DNA from: Chrysomallon squamiferum
Taxonomy: Eukaryota > Animalia > Mollusca
Length of the DNA stretch: 64,000 bases
Assembly (NCBI GenBank): GCA_012295275.1
Contig: CM022673.1
Span: 14,694,001-14,758,000, forward strand
Direction: 5' to 3'
Shown here: positions 47,001 through 60,300 of the stretch, one piece after another
Position numbering within the stretch: the stretch's first letter is position 1
Layout: every line of letters begins with the position of its first letter
The notes under the pieces: generated by a model
What the model was told of the DNA's origin: nothing
What the model saw: the letters and a program-made list of their open reading frames with translations, nothing else
The model's database searches: none
Program-made: the position numbers and the translations under genes

Positions 47001-50000
47001 CTTGTCACTTCTGTCTTGTTCAGTATCAACATTTTTTTCTTGCTTTTCTCTTTATTGCAAATGTATCTTCTTTGATATATCTTCTTGAACTTTCCGTTGT
47101 ATACAGTGTGTATCTTACACTGTATTTTTAAAAATTTGATTATATCATAATAAAGCACTTGAGTCTGGTATTTTGAAGGATCCGATATAACCAACTTGCT
47201 GTGTTTCTACCAGCTTATTTATGTGTTGTCAGAATAATGTTTAATTGCATGCAGTGGTGTGGGAAGAGTTTTAATATGTGCTTTGTTATTTTATGTGATA
47301 CAGTTTATAAAATTAAAAATCTTGTTAAATATTTCAGCTTTATTTTTGTTTTATTTCAGCTCCTAATGCAATAGAGGAAATGCAGCAAATGAGAAATTCA
47401 TATCCTTTTTGTTATATTATTATTATTATTATTGGTGATGGCAGTTACTGTTGTGTTGAAAACATTGAAATTATCAGGTTAAAATATATATATATATATA
47501 TAAATAAATAAATAAATATGCTGCAATAAGTCAGCAACACCCAAAAGAATATTCTAAAATATATAACTAAATAACAAATACCTGTCAATACTTGATTATT
47601 TTTGCTGACTGTTGTTGCCATATTTAAAAAAATAATAACAGTTTTTGAATCTGACTTGCGTAACAGGTGTTAAGTGAAAAATGAGATAAATAAAATTTAA
47701 ATCTGACATTAATTAGTGTGACAGGTGTAAGTAAAGTTAACACACAGGTGTTTTAACCTGCCTACCTCGATAGTGAAAGCTGCTGTGTGTTTACTTGTCA
47801 TGATGTTCACTTATTAGATAGTGCAATGAATTGTCTTAGAGAAATAATTAGTGGTTAGAGCACTCATGTCAGATGACCAGTGTTCTTCAGATCATCTTTC
47901 CTCTTCTAACCAGTGTTTCTGAAACAATAAACAAATGATAAACGTTTCTGTAAGAATGATCCTTGCTGTTGATGATAAAATACCTCATGTAGTATTTGTT
48001 AATGGTTTCTTCTCTAAGTGAAAAGTCAGAGAACAAAAAAAACTTCAAGATGTTGTTACATGTATAGAAAGAAAAAAGATTCAAATGCTGTAAAAATAAT
48101 TATCCTGTTTATCAGATGTATTTGAAAATAGTATCTGATATTTGTAAAATAAACGAGTGAATAAATTTATAAATAAATAAAGAAAATAAGCAAAGAAAGA
48201 TACAAATAAATAAATAAAAATTAATTAATAGAAAAACAATAATTTCAATTTGCTGTGTAGATGCACCAATTTTAATTACCTGAAAGATGTTTTAAAAGTA
48301 ATCTGTGTGATTTTTCAGTTACAAAAATACACCTGTAAAAGATTTCTGTTAGTTAAAAATAGAACCTTGAGTAACAGCAGCAGGTTGCATCTCTTGAATT
48401 TTATTATCAGCAAAAAAAAAAAGTGTACAGTGTGGTGAATTGTGCATTAAAAAAAATTACTTTTATTTTCACATTGACACACACCAACTGAGAGATAAAG
48501 TAACTCTCTACTATTAAAATGATTTAAACCTGTGACTAAAATCAGTGGTAATTATGTGTACAGTGTGAGAGCAGGCGGAATGAAGCAGTGATAACTTGTG
48601 GCCCTTCCTGTCTCACGCTGTCTCTGTAATGAGAGGACTTTGACACATCAAGTTTTTCCTCTCACTTTAACAATCAGCAGTCCACACAATAAATTTACTG
48701 TTAGTTACAGCATGCACTTACTTAGATATGTCAGTCATATTTAAGTCTAAATTCATTGTTACTTGCAGCGTGCACTAAATTTGATATGTCAGTCATATTT
48801 TACCTCAGAATTTACATGGTTGCCATGGCAATAACAGATGTTGCCAATTTTCATCTATTACAGTCAATGTTATGTTTATCTGTTTATTAAATTAATCATT
48901 CTGTGTCTTCATATGTCAGTCTGTTATTGCTCCATTTTTAATTAGGAAATTGCAATATCTGACTAATTTAAGTAGACTAGTCTGTTAGTATATAATAATT
49001 TCTGACTAGTTCAATTAGTCTAGTCTTTTTGTTAATATATAATGATATCTGACTTACTATGTAATGATTTCGGACTATTTCAAGAAGGCTAGACAAACTA
49101 TTAGTATGTAATGATAAAGAATTGTCATGGTGATAGTAAAGAGAAACAAAGTGATTCTAACTGAATTTAGTGAGTTTGAAGAAATAGTAATATCTCTATA
49201 TGTCCAGTCACAAAGAGGTGTTCTTGTTCAGTTCAAACTATATGCATAACATTTGAAAGAAAATATTTAAAAATAATAAATAATAAAAGAATAAGATTAA
49301 AAAAAAAATAATGTCAAAAATAATAATGATGAAAAATTGATGATTATGAAATGAAAACAGAAATTAAACAATGTAAGAAAAAAAAATCCCAACTGATCTG
49401 GAGTTTCTTGTTATTTCATCATCTTGGTTCTTTATCTCAGCAGATTTTGTTATACGGTAGTTGTTGCAACTGTAGAACTAAGATGTTCATTTCCTTAACA
49501 CAAGCATGTGGTTGCTGGAGTTGTTTGAGAAAGCTGACTCACTGCACTGCGGTGCCCTTGACGAAAATGAAGTAGTCAAATTGATGCGTAAAATCAACGC
49601 AACTGTAACCACGCCTGTCATATACCAGAAGTTGAAGGTACGTACATCCACACTATTCACACACATTAACTTTATAAAATGATTCCTGTCACAAAATAAA
49701 TTACTTGTAATAAAGGTTGATTTTTTACTACAATTACATTTATTTGTTTGTGTGTGCATTGTATGTGAGCTCTGTTGTGCATTACATATGTGTAGTAATA
49801 TTAGTGTGTGTATGTGTGTGTGTGCTTCTAAAACAAATACTGATATATACTGGGTATGAAAGATTGTGTATGATGAGATGTCATGTATAATAAACAGTGA
49901 GTTTAAGCTATTTAATCTGAGGCATCTGTCAATAGGGTTTTCAGTTATGATTTGTTTCTCAGCAGGGTTATCTAGTTATCAGTAATCATTTGTTTCTCAG

Positions 50001-50600
50001 CAATGTCATCTAGTTTTCGGTAGTCATTTGTTTCTCTGCAGGGTTATCTAGTGTTCAGTAGTCATTTGTTTCTCAGCATGGTTATCAAGTTTTCAGTGGT
50101 TATTTGTTTCTCAGCAGGGTTATCTAGTTTTCAGTCATTTTCAGTTTCTCAGCAGGGTCATCAAGTTTTCAGTGATCATTTGTTTCTCAGCAGGGTTATC
50201 TAGTTTTCAGTTGTCAGTTTCTCAGCAGGGTTATCTAGTTTTCAACAGTCATTTGTTTCTCAGCAGGGTTATCTAGTTTTCAGTGGTTATTTGTTTCTCA
50301 GCAGGGTTATCAAGTTTTCAGTGGTTATTTGTTTCACAGCAGAGTTGTGTAGTTTTCAGTGTTTGCAGTGTGTTGCCTTGCTCTGACTCCATTGATTGTT
50401 TCTAGATGTGTGTGCTACTTACTTGATGGATCAGTTCTCATTACAGATATGGAATGGAAGAGATATTGCTTTTAGCCAGTAGAGATGTGAATATTGCATT
50501 AAAATAATTGATATGTCGTCACTCTGCCCTGTATGTCATATTGCTGTGAAATGTTGATTTATCGGACTGAAATAATTTTTATGTTATTACTGGTATATTT

Positions 50601-50636
<36 letters not shown>

Positions 50637-52499
50637 CAAACACACACCATATTCAGCCATATAACTAAAATTCACATTAATAAAAACATCCACATAGCTC
50701 AAACACAAACATTTGAACACTCAGATAAACAACATTCAAACACACCCACACAGTGAAAAATAAATTTCAGTCCTAAATTAGACATTACAAATTTAGTTTT
50801 GTCAGAGAATTTGAGATAATTGCAGTGTAAGTAGAAGAGATTTCACAACAGAAAACACAGTGTAAGCACTACAGTGAAGATAATTAGTTTTTGAAAAAAT
50901 ATTACCACTTCATGTTAGAGTACAGCACATCTCCAACTTCTCTGGAGATTTTTTTATTTTTTATTATTACTTTGTTCTGCAGGATTCACACTGCATGACA
51001 TTAATTTAATGATTAATGTAGGTTTTATTTTTATTAATATCACTTCACTGAATCTCTTAAGAACTGTACCTACCTGTGCTTCTATTTCTAAAAATTAATT
51101 TATACACAAATGATTTGCTTCAGTTTAAGATTATTGTGTGGCTGGTCACCATGGCAACATAGTGAATTTAATCATGAAGATTAGAATTGATGATTTTGTT
51201 TTCTTCATATGATGTAGCATGTAATGTCTGTGATGTATGTAATATATGTAACATATGAACAGGATGTAATTGTGTAATATGCATATGTGATATAGATAAT
51301 GTGTGGTGTAATATATGTATGATGTATGTGTTATGTAAAGATATCTGAAATATCAGTATGTGATACCAGTGTGTTTGTGAAAAGACGTGTGAAATAGTCT
51401 GTGTAAAGATGTATGACATATCAGTATATAATGTCATTGTGTTTATTTAAAGATATGTGATATCAGTGAGTTTGTATAAAAAGGTGTGAGATATCAGTAT
51501 GTGATACCAATGTGTTTGTGTAAACATGTGAGATATCAGTATGTGACATCAGTGTTTGTGGAAAAAGGTATGAGATATCAGTGTGACATCAGTGTGTTTA
51601 TGTAAATATATGTAAGATACCATTGTGTGATGTCAGTATGTTTGTGTAAAAATTGTGAAATAGGTGTAAGTGGATGTCTGTGTAAAGATGTGTGAGATAT
51701 CAGTTTGTGATGCCAGTATGTTTATGTAAAAATGTATGTGATGTCAGTGTGATTGTGTATGAATGTGAGATATCAGTATGATTGTGTAAAGATGTCAGAT
51801 ATCAGTAGATGATGCTGGTGTGTTGGTGTAAAGATGTGTAAGATATTGTAGGTGATATTGATGTGTTTGTGTAAATTAAGGTGTATAATACTGAAGGAAA
51901 AATGTAGACATATTGATCATCTCTGTAGATAATTGTCAGACAAAACACATACACTGACAAAAATATCTCACTGTTTTTAATCTGCTCAGTTTTAAACAAG
52001 ACTATCTGTAAAATTCTGAGAAAAACATAATCATTGATTTCAGAGTATTTGTACTGTTATAACTTTAATGCAGATAAGCAAATGTCAGTTACTTGCAAAC
52101 ACATAATTAGCCACAGTTTCAGTCATTGGTAAACACAGAGGTGGTGTACTTGTTAACAGAATGTCAGTGAGTAATATTTGTTTTTGTTTTCAAAACAAGC
52201 TAATCATCTGTATTACACTAATCAGTTACAGACTGGCAGAGTCTGCTTACAACACTGATAGTTAATCCCTTTGTGTCAGCTACACAAACAGGGTAATCAC
52301 CCCATCATTTTGTTAATCAATTATTAACTTAGATTTTATAATTGATGTGTGTTAATTGTGAACAGTTACTGTTGTGTTCAGATTTGTTTGTAATCTCTTT
52401 GATTTGTTGTTAGTTTGACTGTTGTTATTGTAAAATTGATTTGCTGATGGTGAACAAAAGATCGACTACCATTCACTTTGGTTTTGTGTCAGATGATGA

Positions 52500-52530
<31 letters not shown>

Positions 52531-55500
52531 AAGACTGACTACCATTCACTTTGATTTGGTGTCAGATGATGATGATAAATGAATAAATAAATAAAAATAA
52601 TGGACAACTTTTTTACAAAGCGATGTTCCAGTCTTTTTTGTAAGCATGAAATTTTGCAATTTTTCAGGTCTGTGGGAGGAAAAGGTCAAAATTGAAATGA
52701 CAAATTTAGTTACTTGTAATAGAAATCTTCCACTAAAAGAGTGCATAAAGAATGTCACTTGTCTGTGATTTGAGTCATCCAGTCATGAACATTTAACTGC
52801 CTTTTCTTAAATCTAAAATAAATAATAGTAACATAATAACTGAAGTTCATCTTCTCCCTTACTGCAAATATACAACAACACATCTTTCTTTTCACATAGA
52901 TCTCTTTTCTCTCATTCACCCACTACAGAGCACATCCAGTGTCGGATGCTATAATTAGTGTAACCAGTATTCATCTCTTATATATAGCATATGCATAACA
53001 GTTCTAAGATGGTGAGAAATCAATAAAAAGTAATTTTCTGAGTTAAACTTGGCTGTTTGCTTACATTCCTGGCAGTTCTGTGTCACACTGGTTGTATCTG
53101 TTGTGTGTACCCTGCCCAGCACTACACATTAAAAATCTAATCTTAAACAATGCCACGCACTCGGTAACGAGATAATGTGACTACTGAAATCAATAGTAAG
53201 AACTAATTCAGAGATTTGGTAAGATTGCACGAAGACAAAGACTTGGTGAAATGAGTATTGATAGATTCAGGGATAGAAAGATTGAATAGTATTCAGGGAA
53301 AGAATGAATTATATTCGTGGATGGAATGAGTTACTATTAAAGGATAGAAAGAATGAATAATATTCAGAATAGATACAAAAGGAACAGTATTCAGGGATGA
53401 AAAGAACAAAAAAAATAATCAGGGATACAGTGGTTGAATAAGATATTTGCTAACAAAATAAACTTATTAGAAAAAAAAATGAATAAATAGAGTAATAGAA
53501 AGAAAATAATAATATACAATGATAGAAAAAATGAATAATATAAAGTGATAGAAAATATAAATAATATACAGTGATAGAAAATATAATATACAGTGATAGT
53601 CAATATAAATAATACAGTGATAGAAAATACAAATAATGCACAATGATAGTAAATATAAATAATATATAGTGATAGTAAATATAAATAATGTACAGTGATA
53701 GTAAATATAAATAATAGTGATAGAAAATATAAATAATATTCAGTGACAGAAAATATAAATAATATTACAGTGATAGTAAATACGAATAATGTACAGTGAT
53801 AGTAAATATAAATAATACACAGTGATAGAAAATATAAATAATATACAGTGATAGAAAATATAAATAATATACAGTGATAAAAAATATAAATAATACACAG
53901 TGATAGATGCACTATCATGCAGTGTTATAAAAACCCATAGTTACACAGTTCTGTCTGCCTATGGAATAGATATACTTGAACCATTGATCAAGATGTAGGA
54001 GGTTATATAACAAGAACTGAAACTAGAATTTTGTATTTGAACTTATCATTATAGAACTGAATTATAAACAGAAAAACTAGTTGTTATTGTAATAACATAA
54101 CTTTTTATTATTATTATTATTGCTGATGTAAATAAAAGTTTGAGATGAATGCAGGTTTTAGTAAATAAATATGGAATACATCAACATGAAGGTTTCTGGC
54201 TTGCTGCTGACAAATCAGTGTGTACCAGGTTTTCTTACATAACCTGTCACTGACATTTCACCAGTTGCTCAGAGCAGACATTCAATCTGCAGTGTTAATT
54301 ACAACAGCTTTAAATCATTTCTCTTACAGCGACGAAATAAACACTCTGGTGTACTTAAAAGAATGATAAATAAAGGATAGGTGATTTTTTGAAAAAAAAA
54401 ATACATTTAGTGTGTCTTATGGTGTAAGTAAATGAAAATAAGTATGTTTATGCCAATTTTATGTTTCTTTAGATTAATGTGATAAATAAAGTTATTTAGA
54501 GATCTTCATCAGTTTCTGTTCTTGTCAGTAAAGTGATGGGCATTTCAGGATTGGATGGGGTTTTTTTTTTGGTTTGTTACTGTTAAATATTTTATTAAAT
54601 ACAAACTCTAATTTCTGTGTGTGTTTTTGTTTGGGGGGGAGGGTTTTGAGTGGAGATTTAGTTGACCAAAAATGTACAAAATAACTGCCATTATGACAGA
54701 AGCTGTTGTTGTTTTTGTAATTATTATTATTATTATGATAAAATAACATTTTTAGTTATTTAATTGGGGGTAGATATATTTGGTGTACCAGATACAAGTG
54801 TAGGACAACTCCTCACTAGATAGCTGTGCACAAATAAAAAGAGAAATAGGACAGTTACTAACCTTTGAGGGGGAGTTGTTATAAAATTTTGTTTCAGAAT
54901 TTTTAAAAGTCACTGGAGTTTTAATATTACTGTTTAATAAACTTAAACTAAGGTTAAGGCACCACTGAAAATATCACCGAACCCACTGATATCCAACCAT
55001 TCTTCTTATTATACCATAATCTAAAATTAAATTTTATTAATTTAAAAAAAAAAGACAAAATGTCAAATGTGAGCAATTGTCCTATTTCTCACTTTCCTGT
55101 GAGCATTTGTCCATTTACACCATTTCTAATATACAGAGATCATCTTTGGCCTGGATGTACATTTAATTTTGCTAGAAATAATAATATATGAAAAATGACC
55201 TAACCCTGTCTGAATCCTGGCATATTTCACTACCAGTGATACGCACACATGACACCTGTGAAAAAATAACATTTAATACACAGTGTGATATCTCTAGTTA
55301 AATATTGATCAAAACAGGTCTAAGTACATGTATAATTATGTGTGCTTGTTTTTGAATTGATTAAAATGGCAAAAGAAGAATTAAAATTATATTTAAATAT
55401 AATAAATTTTAGATTTAAATATAATAAATATTAGATTTAAAAAAATAAAAATTGACAAACACTGCCTAGTGTAGCCCATGCTATACTTGTTTTTAAGAAT

Positions 55501-57274
55501 GTAAATTATTTTTTTATTTTCTGCCTAATTTCAACAGTTAACTGTATGATCATTTTACAGATATTTAAGATAATCTTTGTACCACACTTGATCACATTTC
55601 AGCTTTTGAAAGATGCAGGCTACTGGTAGGTGCATGCCTAACAGTTTGGGGTGTATCTGTTTAACACTTAGAATTCTACTGCATCTGTTAGTATTAAAAG
55701 CAACTTCAAGCCTTTACAGTATACATTTAAACATAAAAAAGAACAAAATGTTTTATATTTTATTTTGTATTAAACTATTGAGTAATTATAGGATAGTATA
55801 TAAAAAAAAAAAAAAAAAAAAAAAAAACACTGAAACTATTTTACAGAACATTTGTTGGGAGTTATTTTTCTGGGTTTTTGTTTGTTGTACTTTTTTTTTT
55901 TTTTTTTTTTTTTTTTAGTCAGTATTTGATTTCCAGTATGTATAATTACTTTCAAAAAAAAACAAAAAAACAGATATAAAATAAATCAAAAACAAAATCC
56001 TCACAAAACAGAACCAGTGTGTAACTGTTCATTAAATGTATTTTAAACAACAGTTATTTCTTTTACAGAGTGTCAGTGTTTGATTTCCAGTATGTGAAAG
56101 TAATTTAAACTGAAAAAACCAGTGTGAAACTTCTCATTAAATGTATTTTAAACAACAAGTATTCTTTTTTGATGTGTGTAAATTTGACGTGCTCAGAGTT
56201 AACTTTTCATTAAATGTATTTTAAACGGGGCGAAGTTTCCGCTGTTGGACACAGTGTGGTAATAGTAACTGACATTGTTTGTGATGATGACAACGAGGTC
56301 GACGAAGCGTTCACAAATCAATGAGGGCGAGTGACAGCAATTCCCCAATGAACTTGTTTTATATTGAATAATGTATTGGATTTCGCTTATCAGCATTCTT
56401 CAGAAGACAGTTGACTGCAAGCCTCTGTAGAAATTTACACTAAAAATTTGTCCTGCCTTAAGTAAGTCAGTCCTAATGACCACAAGATAGTGCTGGTTCT
56501 GTGACAGGAAGTAGAGTGTAAAACATTTTTATTCAACAGTTTCTTCAAGAAATGAGGGGAATTTGTCAGAATTGTTTTATTGTGTGCTAGTTATGGGAAG
56601 TAAAGAGGTTAACTTGGTAATCATAGGTTAATATGACGTGTAATGATTGTATGAGCTCCTTCTTGTTGTTGTTGTTAGCTGGCTTAAATCTGTTCTGATG
56701 ATTTAAATAACTGTGTGTGTGTGTGAGCTTGAAAGAAATAAACAAATATTTTAGTTATTATAATATACTGATGTTCTTTATAACAAGTTTTCTATTTCAG
56801 TTTCATTCTTTCTTCAGTTTTTAATGTTTTTATTTGTAGTGTTAGATTGTTGTGAAATAATAGATAGATTCTGAAGAAAAACGTTTGTTTCTGTGACAAC
56901 AGTTTGTAAAGATAAAATTGTTTTTGTAGGAGCTGGAAATAAAGCGTGGAGATGGAAAACGAGGTCGTCTGACAAGTGACGAATTCATCTCTCTTTTTAA
57001 AGAAATTTCCACACGACCAGAAATTTACTTTCTTCTTGTTAGGTAAGCTTTTCATTTGTCTGTCTTGTATAGCTCCTTCTGTATTGATGTGTGTGTGTGT
57101 GTGTGTGTGTGTCTCTCTCTCGCTCTCTCTCTCACATCTTCTTTCTATTTTTAAATTTGTTTGGCATTTCATTGATTACATATTACAAAGTATTCAGAAT
57201 AATGTTTTCTGATTCATATTAGATAATATAAATTACTTTGACTAATCTTTAAAAAAAAAAAAATAGTAAAATGT

Positions 57275-57367
<93 letters not shown>

Positions 57368-60300
57368 TAATGATGGCCATTAGAGACAATCAGAGAGAAA
57401 GAAAGAGGAGGGTGAAAGACAGACCAGAGAGAGAGACACACACATGCACACACCCACAGAGAGAGAAGGACAGACAAAGAAACTGCAAATATTTGCTTTC
57501 ATCAGTGTGTAAGCTGCAAAGAGACTCTCATTTAGGTTCCTTAATCACAGTGTTTAACTGAGCCAACAAGATAGATGTGTGTTCCAGTGTCATGTCAGTC
57601 TTTCCATTAGATACTTACATCACATTAACTCTCAGCCATTAAGTCTAAAATAAAATCTAATTTTGTCATAGCTACACTGCTGTATTATCGTGTGGAAGCA
57701 GAATAATTGATTTATATGATTACTGGAACCACAAAGGGCATGACATCATAAGTAAACAGGCAGAGTTATTTTACACACTTATTTTTAAATTTAATTCAGT
57801 TTAATGTTTTCTTGCAGGTATGCAAGTAATGCAGACTACATGTCGACCGATGACTTGTTACTATTTTTAGAAGCCGAGCAAGGGGTAAGATATCATTCAG
57901 CATTGTTCCCCCTCCCTGTCCTCACCCCAGAGAGTAATAAAAAATATTAAACATGTTAAATGTACTTAAAGTGTATGTAGTACATATGTATACACAAAAC
58001 ATGCACAAATACACACAACATATATACTCTTGCATACATAACACATTTATACAAACACATATGCAGACTGAGCACTGTGGAGGCAGTGTTTGTTATACTT
58101 AATTAAATGTGTTTAGTTAGTTAACACGTCTGTTCCCACATTCCCACCAGTGACAAACAAAACACTGACCAGAGTTTGTTTTTAATTAGCAAGTTGACCT
58201 TATCACTATTTATGCTGAATCAATACATTAACTTCTATTTGTGTCCACTTCCTCAGACACTGTCTTCATTTCTCTGATTGCTTTACTCACTTCCACACAG
58301 ACCCGACATCTCTGAGGTAATGTTACTCTTCCTGCTTTGTTCAAGTTTTAACATAGAAACATAATTCTATAGCTACAACTTTAATAATGTATAAACAGTC
58401 AAAAGATAATGTAACAGTATTAAACTGATAATGTTAAGTAGAAGTGATGATGATGATGATGATGATAACAGTAAAAGTAACAGTAATAATTGATAATAAT
58501 GGTAATAGTAACAACATCAATAGTTATAGTGATAAAAATAAAATAATGAAACACATTAATAATAATAGTAATAATAATGATAACAACAACAATAATCAAA
58601 ATGATAACAACAATAATCTTAATAATAATAATAATAACCATGATAGTCATGATAGTGATAACAACAATAGCAGCAGCAATAATAACTTTTTTAAACTGAT
58701 GACAATAAGGAAAACTACACTAATAACAGGAGAAGCAATAAAGAACAGAAACAAACAGTAAAGTAATGAGTTCGTTGCATGTAGCTGAGAACAGATCAAA
58801 TTACTTGTTGTGTGAAGCAGGTTAACACTGGTTACCCAGCTTCATAATAAAATAAAAAAAATCCCTTCTGTATTTATTGATGTTCCAAATATACCAATAA
58901 TGTTGCCAGGAAAATAACGATTATTTGAAATGAAAAATATCTGTATTTTTCTTCTGTTTTTGAGTGAACAAATGTATATTGTTTGTTTGTGTTTTTTGTC
59001 AGATCTTTAAAGCAAACTTATTTATACTGCAGTTTAGTTTATTTTTGTTTTTTCTTTGCCCAAAGGATGAAGATTTGTTTAGTTTCGAAGTGATTGTTTT
59101 GACTTGATACAGCCTGAAATTCAATTTCTGTGTTGTGGATTGCCTCACATAATTTCCACCTTTACTTACGATGTTAGTAGAATCTTGTTAGAGGAAGAAA
59201 ATTACTTTAAAGTTGTCTAAGAATGTTCTCATAAGCCTGAGAGCAAGTGGAAGACATTGTGTCTGTAACCTGGAAGCTAAACAAGTCATCAGACTGCTAT
59301 CTGAATTAAAGTACATTGACACTTTATAAACACACAAACACACATGGTATTTGACATACAGAGACACACATAGATACACATTAATACATTACTACATTAT
59401 TGTCAGTTATATTTTCAATAGTTGTAAAGTTTGTAAAAGTAGATGAAATAGATGTGAAATAATTTTAGACTAACACAGGCTCATAAAAAAAGATTTGTGT
59501 TTTTTATATCTGACAGTAAATTGTTCAGTTTAATTTTAATATATATATATGAAGATCAAGGGTATACTTGGTAAACACAGAAATACAGAAACCTCTGAGG
59601 TAATTTTAGTGTGTTTTAACACAAAATATCTCACTTCTACTATTGAAAATTATATAATAGTCTAAATGTTTTCTGCACATGACTCAACCATGTTTTGTTC
59701 TTTTCCTGCCATCCATTTTAATTAGTAATGAAGTATAAGAGCAAAGGAGTGACATTACAAATGTAAATGTGTAAAACTGCATTGTTTAGATGATTTGTAT
59801 TATTTTTACTCTTTTCTCATAATTTGTTATTGTCACTGAAACCAATTGGATCAAATGATATAAAAAAAATACAGGTGAAAATTCTGTCTGTGCTGTTAAT
59901 GATGCTTCATGAGTGTTTGTGTATCTACTTTAACATATTTTTCAATCTTTAGCAAGTGATTTGAAGAGTTTAAAGAAGAAACGAGAACAGTTTCACAACG
60001 ATAAAAGATTTTTGAAGTTCTGCCCACCCAAACTCTGTTTTTAATATCTCAAAATATGAATGGAAAATCCATTAGAATAAAAGAAGTGATCAAGAAATGA
60101 TGTAGTGTCAGTGAATCTGTGTTTTAAAATATCAGTAATTCATCGAATAATGAATCTTCATACTTTTTTATAGACTGACATTCAAACTGTCTACACCAAC
60201 CTGAAATAAATGACTAAATGTTTCAAGAATGTCAAAATAATAACATAAAAATGTGAAAAATGCCACTTCAATTAGTATTACAAATAAAACCATTTGTCTT

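Noticed and set aside
52460-52600. Short local duplications (also about 31435-31525, 44005-44170, 55920-56225, 3945/4500)
   Set aside because: Ordinary slippage or tandem duplications with no coding or structural signal
53391-53918. 175-aa hydrophobic ORF
   Set aside because: Translation of an AT-rich minisatellite
56225-56400. CpG-rich stretch as an extra PLCL exon
   Set aside because: Stops in the plausible frame, and exons 5 and 6 already join in phase with family-typical sequence
58420-58761. Poly-N/I/H ORFs
   Set aside because: Low-complexity trinucleotide DNA in an intron
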